45,519 bases of DNA from Candidatus Dadabacteria bacterium (GTDB taxonomy: Bacteria; Desulfobacterota_D; UBA1144; Nemesobacterales; CSP1-2). Below the pieces are notes generated by a model. It made no database searches and was not told the origin of the DNA. It saw only the letters and a program-made list of their open reading frames with translations. This document shows, piece after piece, positions 7,977 through 16,714 of this stretch. The DNA is taken from the NCBI GenBank assembly GCA_040289575.1, contig PSLL01000008.1:64299-109817 (forward strand), in the 5' to 3' direction. How positions within the stretch are numbered: the first letter of the stretch is position 1; each line of letters starts with the position of its first letter. The translations under genes and the position numbers were made by a program.

Positions 7977-10115
7977 TTAATTCGACCATCCGTTTCTGGT
8001 GATTAAGTGAAGAAAAAAGCGGTTTATTTTATCGTTTATCTTATCAAAGAATGAAGGGTTATTGATTACCTCGACCTTGTAAAATGACGGACAAAGCACT
8101 GCGGCATGGGCGATCTCTCCACATAAACCGCAGCCTACACATGAGTGCTCAATATGGGCGATAGGATCATCTCTCAGTATGGTTGGACTTTCTTTAAGGG
8201 TCAGAGATGGGCATCCGTTATATCTCATACAGGAGTGGTCTCCCGTACATACCTCTGGATCAACGCCGAGTCTTGCCTGTACCGTGCGCTTCCCGGATTC
8301 AATGTTTCGCTTTATTACGACCTTTTCTCTTCTATTTTTTTCCAATTGGCATTCGCCTTTTGAGATTATTACCCTGAGCCCTTTATCCGCCTCATAAGCC
8401 TTCTTGAGTGTATCCATTGATTCCTTCAGATCGTATGGGTTGACCTTTTTAATCCATTTGACCCCTGCACCCTTTAGAGCCTTTTCAATGTCCATACCGA
8501 CGCCTTCTTGTCTCATGTTCCTTCCAGAAGTCGGGTTTTCATGGTGTCCGGTCATGGATGTCCAGAAGTTCTCAAGTATGATAAGCGTTGCATCCTGATT
8601 GTTGTAGACGGCGTTTGTAATGCTTGTCGTAAGCCCGCTATGCCAGAATGTTCCATCTCCCATAAATGAAATTACCCTCTTATTTGCCATTCGAGAGAGG
8701 GCTCCTGCAGATGCGAGTCCAATTCCCATTCCCGTAATTGAATTGCTAAGGTCAAACGGGGGAAGTCCGCTCATGGAATAGCACCCAATATCGGATGCGT
8801 AGTAGGATTTTCCATAATCGTCTTCGAGGATTTTTATTGCTGTAAAGATTGGTCTTTCCGGACAGCCCGTGCAAAAGATGGGGTTTCTCTTTGTAATAGG
8901 CTCTTTAAGGAAATTCGCCGCCTTCTCCTTGTGCTTCGCAATGCGCTCGCTCTTTTCTTGAATCCTTTCCCTTTCGTATGTGGAGGTTGTGTTCTTAAGA
9001 AGGAAACTGCCTATGCCCTTGATTATATGGTCTGGTGTGTACTCGCCTGCTTCGGGAAGAATATCTTTACCGAATATCTCAACATCACTCAGCCTTGCCC
9101 TCTGTGCGATTGCCCTTATCTGCTCTTCAATCAAATTGGGCATCCCTTCTTCAACTATAAGTACGGCCTTCTTACCGCGTAGAAAATTGATGATTTCTTC
9201 AGGGACAAGCGGATGTATAACATTCAGATTAAGTATGGGGATTCTGCTTTCGCCATAGAGGTTGGCTTCGCCCAGGTTATAAAGGCATCTCATCGTGGAG
9301 TTAAATATCATGCCGTGTGTGATTATCCCCAGGGTATTGTCATTGCCTTGTATGGTTTCGTTGAGTTTTCTTTCTAATATGAATTTTCTTGCGGCGGGAA
9401 TCCTTTCGGAGAATTTCTTTCTTTCCTGCTCAAATGTAAATGGTGGGAGTGGAATTTTATTTAAGTTTGTGGGCAGGTCGTTGAGCGGATTCAACATACT
9501 TATCTTCGGCCGCACATTGTCTTTGCACGTTATCTTTCCCCTTATATGTGCAACTCTTGTAGATAGGAGAAACATCACGGGCATATTTGTATATTCGGAG
9601 AGGTCGAATCCCTCCTCAACCATGTTTGCTAGGTGCTGGAGGTCTCCTCTTGGGTCAATTACAGCCATTGTGGATTTGAGCGCAAATGGAAGAGCCCTTT
9701 CCGCAACACATGTGCTATCACAACCGTAATCCTCTCCCACGATTATCATAGCCCCGCCGGTAACGCCCGATGAAGAGATGTGTGAGAGGGCATCTGATGC
9801 GACGTTTGTTCCTACGATTTTCCAGTTTACTGAGCCGCGAATCGGGTAATTAATAGATGCCGAAAGGAGCGCGGCCGCCGAGGCTTCGTTTCCTGAGCAG
9901 TCGAAGTATATTCCCATCTCCTTTAATACGGGTTCATAGGCGTCGGAGATAGCATCAATTAAGCCCGCAGTAGGCGAGCCAGGGTACCCACCTAAGTAGC
10001 TTACTCCGGATTGAAGAAAGGCTTTTAGAATTACAAGGGTTGCATCACCGTAGAAGGTTTTTCCATGACCGTATTTTAATTGCTCTATTATCTCTTTAGT
10101 GTAGTTACTGCCCAT
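7977..10115 (-). CDS. iorA: Indolepyruvate:ferredoxin oxidoreductase alpha subunit
   Basis: GYPGSP, FCTGCPERP, DIGCY, TPP motif GDGTFWHSG...N and a C-terminal ferredoxin (CTGDHSC...CP; CVGCGLC...CP). Confidence 0.92.
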   Translation of the reverse strand: MGSNYTKEIIEQLKYGHGKTFYGDATLVILKAFLQSGVSYLGGYPGSPTAGLIDAISDAYEPVLKEMGIYFDCSGNEASAAALLSASINYPIRGSVNWKIVGTNVASDALSHISSSGVTGGAMIIVGEDYGCDSTCVAERALPFALKSTMAVIDPRGDLQHLANMVEEGFDLSEYTNMPVMFLLSTRVAHIRGKITCKDNVRPKISMLNPLNDLPTNLNKIPLPPFTFEQERKKFSERIPAARKFILERKLNETIQGNDNTLGIITHGMIFNSTMRCLYNLGEANLYGESRIPILNLNVIHPLVPEEIINFLRGKKAVLIVEEGMPNLIEEQIRAIAQRARLSDVEIFGKDILPEAGEYTPDHIIKGIGSFLLKNTTSTYERERIQEKSERIAKHKEKAANFLKEPITKRNPIFCTGCPERPIFTAIKILEDDYGKSYYASDIGCYSMSGLPPFDLSNSITGMGIGLASAGALSRMANKRVISFMGDGTFWHSGLTTSITNAVYNNQDATLIILENFWTSMTGHHENPTSGRNMRQEGVGMDIEKALKGAGVKWIKKVNPYDLKESMDTLKKAYEADKGLRVIISKGECQLEKNRREKVVIKRNIESGKRTVQARLGVDPEVCTGDHSCMRYNGCPSLTLKESPTILRDDPIAHIEHSCVGCGLCGEIAHAAVLCPSFYKVEVINNPSFFDKINDKINRFFLHLITRNGWSN

Positions 10116-10246
10116 TCATTCTCCTAACTTAATATCCTAGCGGACTTCAATAACTCTACCAGGAAATGAGGAAATATTCCAGTGACTTGGGAGGTTGTTT
10201 GTAAATTTTTTATTTCCTAAGTGCCCATAATCTTTTATGAATTATG

Positions 10247-10696
10247 CTATTTAATTTGTTTTCTAGTGTAGAAATATTCACTCAGTACCTCTTCCTGCTC
10301 TTCGTTTACGGCGTGATACGGTCTTTTCTCCTTTACAAGGGCTAAGGCATTCTCTGGCTCCATTCCCATATAGACCAGATATGCAGCGAGCATCAAATTG
10401 GTTCTTCCCATCCCCGCATAGCAGTGGACTACAATCTGTCTCCCTTCTCGGATTTCGCTGTCAATAAACCTTACAAATTCTTCGATGTCGGTAAGCCGTG
10501 GGGCCTTAAAGTCTTTTATGGGGATATGTTTTACTCTAAATCCATAATAATTCCAAACATGCTCCTCAAGGTTTACAATTGTATTAATCCCCACATTCTT
10601 GAGAAATTCTAGGTCTTCTTCCAGACTCCGGAGTAAGCCCGGCCTTTCTATCCCCGCAAGCTTACCCGGAATTATCCAAGAAAATCTCTCAGGCAT
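10247..10696 (-). CDS. Dual-specificity protein phosphatase family protein
   Basis: FSWIIPGKLAG, PIKDFKAP and catalytic HCYAGMGRT. Confidence 0.9.
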   Translation of the reverse strand: MPERFSWIIPGKLAGIERPGLLRSLEEDLEFLKNVGINTIVNLEEHVWNYYGFRVKHIPIKDFKAPRLTDIEEFVRFIDSEIREGRQIVVHCYAGMGRTNLMLAAYLVYMGMEPENALALVKEKRPYHAVNEEQEEVLSEYFYTRKQIK

Positions 10697-10710
10697 GACC
10701 GGTTCTCTAA

Positions 10711-10838
10711 TTAGCCACGAATTGACACAAATGAAATAATTAGGATACAGAATACAGGAGCTAGAAGTCAGAAGTTTTTCTCCCTATATTCTGTCTACTG
10801 TTTTCTGTATTTTCCTGTTTGTGTTCATTCGCGACTAA
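10711..10838. repeat. Nested palindromic element with heptamer repeats
   Basis: Outer IR TTAGCCACGAATTGACACAAA...TTTGTGTTCATTCGCGACTAA. Inner 7-mers GATACAG/AATACAG/GAGCTAG/AAGTCAG face CTATATT/CTGTCTA/CTGTTTT/CTGTATT. Confidence 0.75.
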
Positions 10839-11551
10839 ATATTCACTACTGTTTTTAGTCGTGCCACAAAAATATCAGCCTGCCTCGTAGGTTCAGGGAT
10901 TCTATATCCTCTGGTGCACTGACGTGTGATTTTTAAAGCGGTTCTTAGGTCTATTTTGTGTCCAATTGAGACAAAAACGGGCTTCGTTTCCTTCTTGGTT
11001 CTCAATGCTGCTCCAATAGTATTCCCTGTGTGGGAGGCAACAAGTGGAGTCCACGCACCGTCGCTATCTGGCGGTTCATTGTATTTACCATAGAGCCTTT
11101 GCTTTGCCACGCCTATTGAAGGGATATCGAGTATCACCCCTATATGGCTCGCGATCCCAAGCCCGCGTGGATGGGCTATTCCCTGTCCATCTACCATAAT
11201 GAGATCGGGTTTATTTTGAAGCTTCATAAACGCCTCGATTATTGCGGGCCCTTCTCTAAATGCGAGAAGTCCCGGGATATAGGGGAACTGCTCATCAACT
11301 ATTGCTGATACCCGCTTGATCTCCTGGAGCTCGGGATATGAAAAAATAATTATGCCGCACACGAGTTTTTCTTCATCTCGGATCTGTGCGAGGTCTACAC
11401 CGGCTATTGTTTTTATCTCTTTGAATCCGTTTTGTGTAATGACCTTCTTTCGTAGGTCCCTCTGAATGGCTTCGGCTTCTTCACGAGAAGGGGGAGCACC
11501 ACGGGAGAGATTGACCCATCTTTCTTTTTCAGTGGAGTTCATAGATTTCAT
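10835..11551 (-). CDS. nfi: Endonuclease V
   Basis: AGVD, FPYIPGLLAFRE, DGQGIAHPR, IGVAK and YRIPEPTRQAD motifs. Confidence 0.95.
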   Translation of the reverse strand: MKSMNSTEKERWVNLSRGAPPSREEAEAIQRDLRKKVITQNGFKEIKTIAGVDLAQIRDEEKLVCGIIIFSYPELQEIKRVSAIVDEQFPYIPGLLAFREGPAIIEAFMKLQNKPDLIMVDGQGIAHPRGLGIASHIGVILDIPSIGVAKQRLYGKYNEPPDSDGAWTPLVASHTGNTIGAALRTKKETKPVFVSIGHKIDLRTALKITRQCTRGYRIPEPTRQADIFVARLKTVVNI

Positions 11552-11780
11552 TTATGACCCTTTTGAATCTAGGAGCGTATATTATCTCAAATGCCTCTTC
11601 CTTTCCAGGGAAGAGCTTTAGAGCGAAGTCTTTTACCTTTAGAAAGTGCTCTAAGGCTTCCTCTCTTGTCATTTTCCCCTGTGAGATAATGGATATTGCG
11701 AGGTCAACCATGAACCTTAATGTCCTTATCTTTTTATTCTCTTCCGCTATTTCCTGAGGAGTTAGTTTCTTTTCTTTCAT
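11529..11780 (-). CDS. Small helical hypothetical protein
   Basis: 83-aa ORF (LFPGKEEAFEIIYAPRFKR) overlapping the 5' end of nfi; protein-like composition. Confidence 0.7.
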   Translation of the reverse strand: MKEKKLTPQEIAEENKKIRTLRFMVDLAISIISQGKMTREEALEHFLKVKDFALKLFPGKEEAFEIIYAPRFKRVINEIYELH

Positions 11781-11909
11781 ATCATTCTTCTTTGTGAGCT
11801 GTATTTAGCCTTTAAATAATTATATTACCATTTCTCTATGAAGATGTCGCATATCAAAGTTTGACTTGCACTGACATTCCTCCATAAGGAATCATCAGGT
11901 GAGGAATAT

Positions 11910-12470
11910 ATGTCAATTCGGGTTGAACGACGACATTTTAACGTTACCGAATACAACCTCATGGGCGAGAGGGGCATTTTGTCTGAAGACGACCTAGTTG
12001 AACTTATTGAAGGTGAAATCCTAAAAATGAGTCCTATCGGTAGCCAGCATGCGGCATGTGTTGACCGTCTCAACTTACTTCTTGTCCATTTTGCGGATCA
12101 AAGAGCCATAGTCCGAGTGCAAAACCCTATCCAACTCAGCGATTATTCAGAGCCTCAGCCCGATTTTGCTCTGCTTAAGCCGCGTGATGATTTCTATGCC
12201 GAAATGTATCCCTTGCCAGCGGATGTGCTTTTGATTGTAGAAGTAGCGGATACTTCGTTAGAGTATGATAGGAATGTAAAAGTTCCGCTCTATGCGCGGG
12301 CTGGGATTCCCGAGGTATGGATGGTTAATTTACTAGAAAACCTAATTGAAATTTACACCGACCCGGTCAGTGGTTTGTATCAACGAATTCATATGGCAAA
12401 ACACGGTGAATCTCTAACACTGCAATTCCTCGCCGATGTTACATTCAGCGTTGACGATGTTCTCAGCTAG
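11910..12470 (+). CDS. Uma2 family (PD-(D/E)XK) endonuclease
   Basis: ELIEGEI, SEPQPD, LIVEVADTSL and K-x2-LYARAGIPEVW motifs; GAGG RBS. Confidence 0.92.
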   Translation: MSIRVERRHFNVTEYNLMGERGILSEDDLVELIEGEILKMSPIGSQHAACVDRLNLLLVHFADQRAIVRVQNPIQLSDYSEPQPDFALLKPRDDFYAEMYPLPADVLLIVEVADTSLEYDRNVKVPLYARAGIPEVWMVNLLENLIEIYTDPVSGLYQRIHMAKHGESLTLQFLADVTFSVDDVLS

Positions 12471-12636
12471 GTAGGGAATCTAACAAATATAGCTTTCTGT
12501 ATAAACTCGTGTTATGAAGATTAGCTCGAATCAAGTAGAACGTGATCAAAAGGCTTACACACTGGCAAAGGAATATCTTTTGCAGTTAAATGTTGAAGGT
12601 ATAACTTCAGATGCCCAAGGTAAACTGGAAAAGTAA

Positions 12637-13122
12637 TTAATTCAGAGTGAACTTGACTTTGTCAATTGCCTCTTTGGCAAGAGTGTAGTCGGGATAAACT
12701 TCTAGCGCTTTTTGGAATTCTTCGAGAGCCTTTTTTATCATCCCTTTGATCAGATAAACTCTGCCAAGATTGTAATGCGGATAGTGTCTAGGCTCATAAC
12801 GCTTTGCCTGAATGGCCCTTTCAAGCCATGGTATAGCTTCGTCGTATCTTTCAAGTTCAATCAGATAAGCGCCTATATCGTTATATGGATTTCCAAAATC
12901 TGGGTCAACCGCTATGGCCTTTTTGCATTCGGCTATAGCCTCATCGAGTTTTCCCTGGAAGCTGTATGTCCATCCAAGAAACGTATAGGCTTCTGCCGTG
13001 GGATATGCCTCTATTGAACGCTTGTAGTGCTCTATTGCAAGGTCAAACTCGCCCCTCCTCTGGTATTCATAGGCTTTTTGGAAAAGCTCTATTGCTATTG
13101 ATATAGGGTCCTTCTTTGACAT
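12637..13122 (-). CDS. TPR repeat protein
   Basis: About four TPRs (AEAYTFLGW, NPYNDIGAYL, PHYNLGRVY). Confidence 0.88.
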   Translation of the reverse strand: MSKKDPISIAIELFQKAYEYQRRGEFDLAIEHYKRSIEAYPTAEAYTFLGWTYSFQGKLDEAIAECKKAIAVDPDFGNPYNDIGAYLIELERYDEAIPWLERAIQAKRYEPRHYPHYNLGRVYLIKGMIKKALEEFQKALEVYPDYTLAKEAIDKVKFTLN

Positions 13123-13137
13123 TTATTTCCTTCTTGT

Positions 13138-13232
13138 TTAACCACAGAGTTCACAGATAATAAAATAGGTTCTTTCTATCTGTGTTCTTATCTGACTAAA
13201 CTCGCAGCGTAGCCTTAAACCTCTATGGCTAA
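13138..13232. repeat. ACCACAGAG-type palindromic element
   Basis: TTAACCACAGAG (13138) ... CTCTATGGCTAA (13221-13232), with an inner CACAGATA/TATCTGTG pair. Confidence 0.65.
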
Positions 13233-13272
13233 CGCCGCTCTCATTTTATTCTAGCACTCGGCGATATATGAG

Positions 13273-14100
13273 TCAAACATTGATGATAGAGGATAAATCA
13301 ACCTCGCAATCAATCTGTTCATAATCGACAAGGTCTTTGATTTTTGGATTTTCGCTGCAGAGAGAGCACTTGGGATCGCGCTTCACCTTCACGTCCATAA
13401 CGGACATGGTTAGAGCGTTAAATACAAGAAGCCTTCCGGCAAGTGTCTGCCCTATTTGTAGGATTTCCTTTAGTGTCTCGACGGCCTGTATGGTTCCGAT
13501 TATCCCTGCAACGGCTCCTAGAATCCCCGCTTCCTGACAGCTTGGAATCATACCCGCCGGTGGAATTTCGGAATAGAGGCAACGATAACAGGGGCCGCCC
13601 GCATGCGGTTTAAATACAGATACTTGCCCTTCGAACCTGAGTATAGCGCCTGAGACGAGGGTTTTTCTCTCAAAATAACACGCGTCATTTACGAGATAGC
13701 GCGTGGGGAAATTATCGGAGCCGTCGAGTACGATGTCGTAATTCCTTATAATGTCTCTTATGTTCTTTTTTGTTATCATCTCTTCATAGACAATGACGTT
13801 CACATCGGGGTTAAGCTTCTCTAATTTTTCCCTGGCCGAGAGCGCCTTGGGTCTCCCAATATCGTCTGTGAAATGGAGCACCTGTCTCTGAAGGTTGGAA
13901 ATATCTACCTGATCTGAATCGGCGATTCCGATGGTTCCAACACCTGCTGCAGCAAGATAGAGCGCAACGGGTGAGCCAAGTCCTCCCGCTCCGACACAAA
14001 ATACCTTTGAGCGAAGGAGCCTCTCCTGCCCCACGCCGCCTACTTCCGGAAGAAGTATATTCCTGCTGTAGCGATATATCTGTTCCTCAGTTAATTCCAC
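13273..14100 (-). CDS. moeB: MoeB/ThiF family sulfur-carrier adenylyltransferase (no rhodanese domain)
   Basis: RYSR, GAGGLGS, SNLQRQ, DNFPTRY, PCYRCL, SCQEAG and CSLC motifs; GTG start after GGAGGA. Confidence 0.92.
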   Translation of the reverse strand: MELTEEQIYRYSRNILLPEVGGVGQERLLRSKVFCVGAGGLGSPVALYLAAAGVGTIGIADSDQVDISNLQRQVLHFTDDIGRPKALSAREKLEKLNPDVNVIVYEEMITKKNIRDIIRNYDIVLDGSDNFPTRYLVNDACYFERKTLVSGAILRFEGQVSVFKPHAGGPCYRCLYSEIPPAGMIPSCQEAGILGAVAGIIGTIQAVETLKEILQIGQTLAGRLLVFNALTMSVMDVKVKRDPKCSLCSENPKIKDLVDYEQIDCEVDLSSIINV

Positions 14101-14121
14101 TTTACTCCTCCTAGTTAATAT

Positions 14122-14229
14122 CTAGACACGAAAAAGACAGGATACAGAACACGGAATACAGGGAAAAACCTCAAGTCCGTGTATCCTGTATTCTGTCTAC
14201 TGGTTTAATTCGTGTTCATTCATGGCTAG
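14122..14229. repeat. Second nested heptamer palindromic element
   Basis: CTAGACACGAA...TTCGTGTTCATTCATGGCTAG with 7-mers AAGACAG/GATACAG/AACACGG/AATACAG. Shares TATTCTGTCTACTG and GTGTTCATTC with 10711-10838. Confidence 0.75.
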
Positions 14230-14243
14230 TTAAGATTACGAAA

Positions 14244-14648
14244 TTAATTCAATTTCTTCCTCTTCAATGGAGAATCAAAATCCTTAAGAACCCATGCCCT
14301 GCCGTCTTTGTACTTTCCACCATGAATAGAGAGTATTATATATACCCATTCGGGCCATGCCCTCCCTCTATCAAAACCCGACGGACGCGATGGATGATCC
14401 GGATGAGAATGGTAGATTCCAAGGATATTCATCCCGTTCGACCTTGCCCAATCATCAGCCTCCTTGAACGAAAGCGGGTCGAGTTCATATCGGTCGCGTG
14501 CCCTTTCGCGGTTCAGATTCCTGCATTCTTTGAAGCTTGTTATCTTACCATCTTTCCCAATAAGGACACCACAGACCTCATTTGGGTATCCGGACTCGGC
14601 GTGTTTTATTACCCCATCATAGGCCGATTTAATTATCTTTACCACCAT
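14244..14648 (-). CDS. mec: JAB/Mov34 (M67) metallopeptidase, Mec-like
   Basis: YPNEVCG and YHSHPDHPSRPS-x2-D JAMM motif. The C-terminus appears frameshifted (see findings). Confidence 0.88.
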   Translation of the reverse strand: MVVKIIKSAYDGVIKHAESGYPNEVCGVLIGKDGKITSFKECRNLNRERARDRYELDPLSFKEADDWARSNGMNILGIYHSHPDHPSRPSGFDRGRAWPEWVYIILSIHGGKYKDGRAWVLKDFDSPLKRKKLN

Positions 14649-15589
14649 ATACCTCCGCTCAAATACCTGTATCCACCATCGGGAAGAATGGTTACAACTA
14701 CCCCCTCCTTCAAACCCCTTGCGTATTTAAGGGTGGCATAGACTGCAGCCCCGCTCGAATGCCCTACAAAGAGTCCTTCTTTTTTAAGGAGCTCTTTCAT
14801 GACCCTGTATGAATCCTCTGTAGATACTTGAATCTTCTCATCTGCAAATGTCGGGTCGTATATTCCTGGCACGATTGATGTGGCCATGTGCTTTAGTCCC
14901 TCGAGACCGTGCAGGGGTTCGGCGGGCTCAATGGATATGACTTTGATATTGGGATTGAATTCTTTGAGTCTCCTTCCGGTTCCCATGAGGGTACCGCTTG
15001 TACCGATCCCAGCAAGAAAGTGAGTAACTCTGCCGTGTGTCTGATTCCAGATCTCTGGAGCTGTCGTTTCATAGTGAGACATCGGATTTGCGGGGTTGTT
15101 ATACTGGTCGGGCATAAAGTATTTATCGGGATTTTCGGCTTTTAATTTCCTTGCAACCTTTATCGCTCCGTCCGATCCTTCAAGAGAGTCAGAAAGGATC
15201 ATCTTTGCTCCAAAAGCCTCAAGCGTTCTTTTCCTCTCTATGTTCATGTTTGCAGGTGTGACAAGCTCAACCCTGTAGTCGAGCGCAGCCCCGATCATCG
15301 CGTAAGCAATAGCGGTGTTCCCGGAGGATGAGTCCATAATTATCTTATCGCGTGAGAGTTTACCCGTGCGGATTCCATCGAGTATCATCCATAGAGCGGG
15401 ACGGTCTTTTATAGAGCCTCCGGGGTTAAACCACTCCGCCTTTGCGTAGACCTCTACGTCTGGACTTAAGCCATCTACTATTTTCTTGAGTCTAATAAGG
15501 GGAGTATTGCCGATTAAATCAATTACAGATTCGACCCTTTTTCTTTTTTCAAGAACCTTAATCTTTCTTGCTAAAGAAGAATCCATCAA
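14639..15589 (-). CDS. cysM: PLP-dependent cysteine synthase (CysM type)
   Basis: IGNTPL, NPGGSIKDR, SSGNT, GTSGT, HGLEGLKHM and SSGA motifs. Confidence 0.9.
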   Translation of the reverse strand: MMDSSLARKIKVLEKRKRVESVIDLIGNTPLIRLKKIVDGLSPDVEVYAKAEWFNPGGSIKDRPALWMILDGIRTGKLSRDKIIMDSSSGNTAIAYAMIGAALDYRVELVTPANMNIERKRTLEAFGAKMILSDSLEGSDGAIKVARKLKAENPDKYFMPDQYNNPANPMSHYETTAPEIWNQTHGRVTHFLAGIGTSGTLMGTGRRLKEFNPNIKVISIEPAEPLHGLEGLKHMATSIVPGIYDPTFADEKIQVSTEDSYRVMKELLKKEGLFVGHSSGAAVYATLKYARGLKEGVVVTILPDGGYRYLSGGIWW

Positions 15590-15822
15590 CGTCGCTCGAT
15601 CAGGAGTTTATAGAACGCGCCCTCTTTTTGGATATGTAATATCTGATGTCCTTCTTCTTTGACGCTTCTTGGAACATTTCTTAGAGGTTCTCCGTCCCTT
15701 AGTGTGACTTCGAGTATCTGCCCGGAGCGCATGGATTCGAGCTTTAATTTGGTTTTTACAAATGTCATCGGGCATATTTCCTTTGTTATATCAATCTTCT
15801 CATCGGCTCTTATCGCTTCCAT
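15586..15822 (-). CDS. tusA: TusA/SirA family sulfurtransferase
   Basis: DITKEICPMTFVKTKL motif, 78 aa; stop overlaps the cysM start (ATGA). Confidence 0.88.
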   Translation of the reverse strand: MEAIRADEKIDITKEICPMTFVKTKLKLESMRSGQILEVTLRDGEPLRNVPRSVKEEGHQILHIQKEGAFYKLLIERR

Positions 15823-15970
15823 TTTACTATGAACCCTTCCTCCGAAACCGCTAAGAAGCGTAATTGTATCTTAAAATTACCACAGAAATGGGGAAGATAC
15901 AAACACTACTGGTTGATCTTCCCAAAGTTCTTGTGATTGCCCTAAGTTAGGGCAAACCTTGTATTCGCTC

Positions 15971-16213
15971 CTACTTCAGCCCGTGTGTCTGGCTCGAACT
16001 CCAGCAGAAGGCGCACATTCCTTCCTTCATAATAATTCTCCTCTGACCGCAGCTCTTGCAGGTTCCCCATCTGGACTCACCTTCTTCAGCTGGTGTAAGC
16101 CGTTCGAGTTTTGGTTTTCTACCAACAGACTCGTGTCGTCTTCTGGTCAGAAGTCTAAATATTGCAAATATTACGACAATCAATAATATAAATGTAATGA
16201 TCTTTATCGCCAT
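15971..16213 (-). CDS. Small membrane-anchored protein with a C4 zinc-finger-like motif
   Basis: N-terminal TM helix, then CKSC-x11-CAFC; GAGG RBS. Confidence 0.65.
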   Translation of the reverse strand: MAIKIITFILLIVVIFAIFRLLTRRRHESVGRKPKLERLTPAEEGESRWGTCKSCGQRRIIMKEGMCAFCWSSSQTHGLK

Positions 16214-16222
16214 GTATTTACC

Positions 16223-16678
16223 TCAGATAGCATTTAGATTATCGTAATTAGGTCGGGGTTCTTTTAAATATCTCCTGAGCATCTCTATTAGTTTTGTATT
16301 GCCTAATCTCTCGGCCGCCTTTGCGTGGCTCCACGCTAAATCATATTGCTCGCGGAGTGCGTATATTTCTCCAAGATTCTTATGGGCATCGGATAAATTC
16401 GGATCAATATCGAGTGCTTTTTTATATAAATCAATAGCCGCCTCTACTTTCCCCTGAAAATAATAAAGGATGCCGAGGTTGTAATGGGCTTTTGCAGAAC
16501 TGGGATTTTCTCTAAGAAAACTCTTCTGAGTTTCTATCTCTGAATCTATATCATAGTTTAGAGAAAACTCTGCTAAGTTGTGAATAAAGCTCCTATTGTC
16601 TTTTCCTCTAGTGAGTCTTATCATTTGTATGGCTTTTAACGTTTCTGTAATCTTATTTTTGATTTGAGCAAGTGTCAT
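16223..16678 (-). CDS. TPR repeat protein
   Basis: AKAHYNLGILY and SDAHKNLGEIY repeats. Confidence 0.75.
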   Translation of the reverse strand: MTLAQIKNKITETLKAIQMIRLTRGKDNRSFIHNLAEFSLNYDIDSEIETQKSFLRENPSSAKAHYNLGILYYFQGKVEAAIDLYKKALDIDPNLSDAHKNLGEIYALREQYDLAWSHAKAAERLGNTKLIEMLRRYLKEPRPNYDNLNAI

Positions 16679-16714
16679 GATGTTAAACCGGAGGCGTTCT
16701 TATATACATCTCGT

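Noticed and set aside
12478..12517. ATCTAAC...GTTATGA after Uma2 as an integron attC site
   Set aside because: Too short, no convincing inner L boxes, no integrase and no further cassettes.
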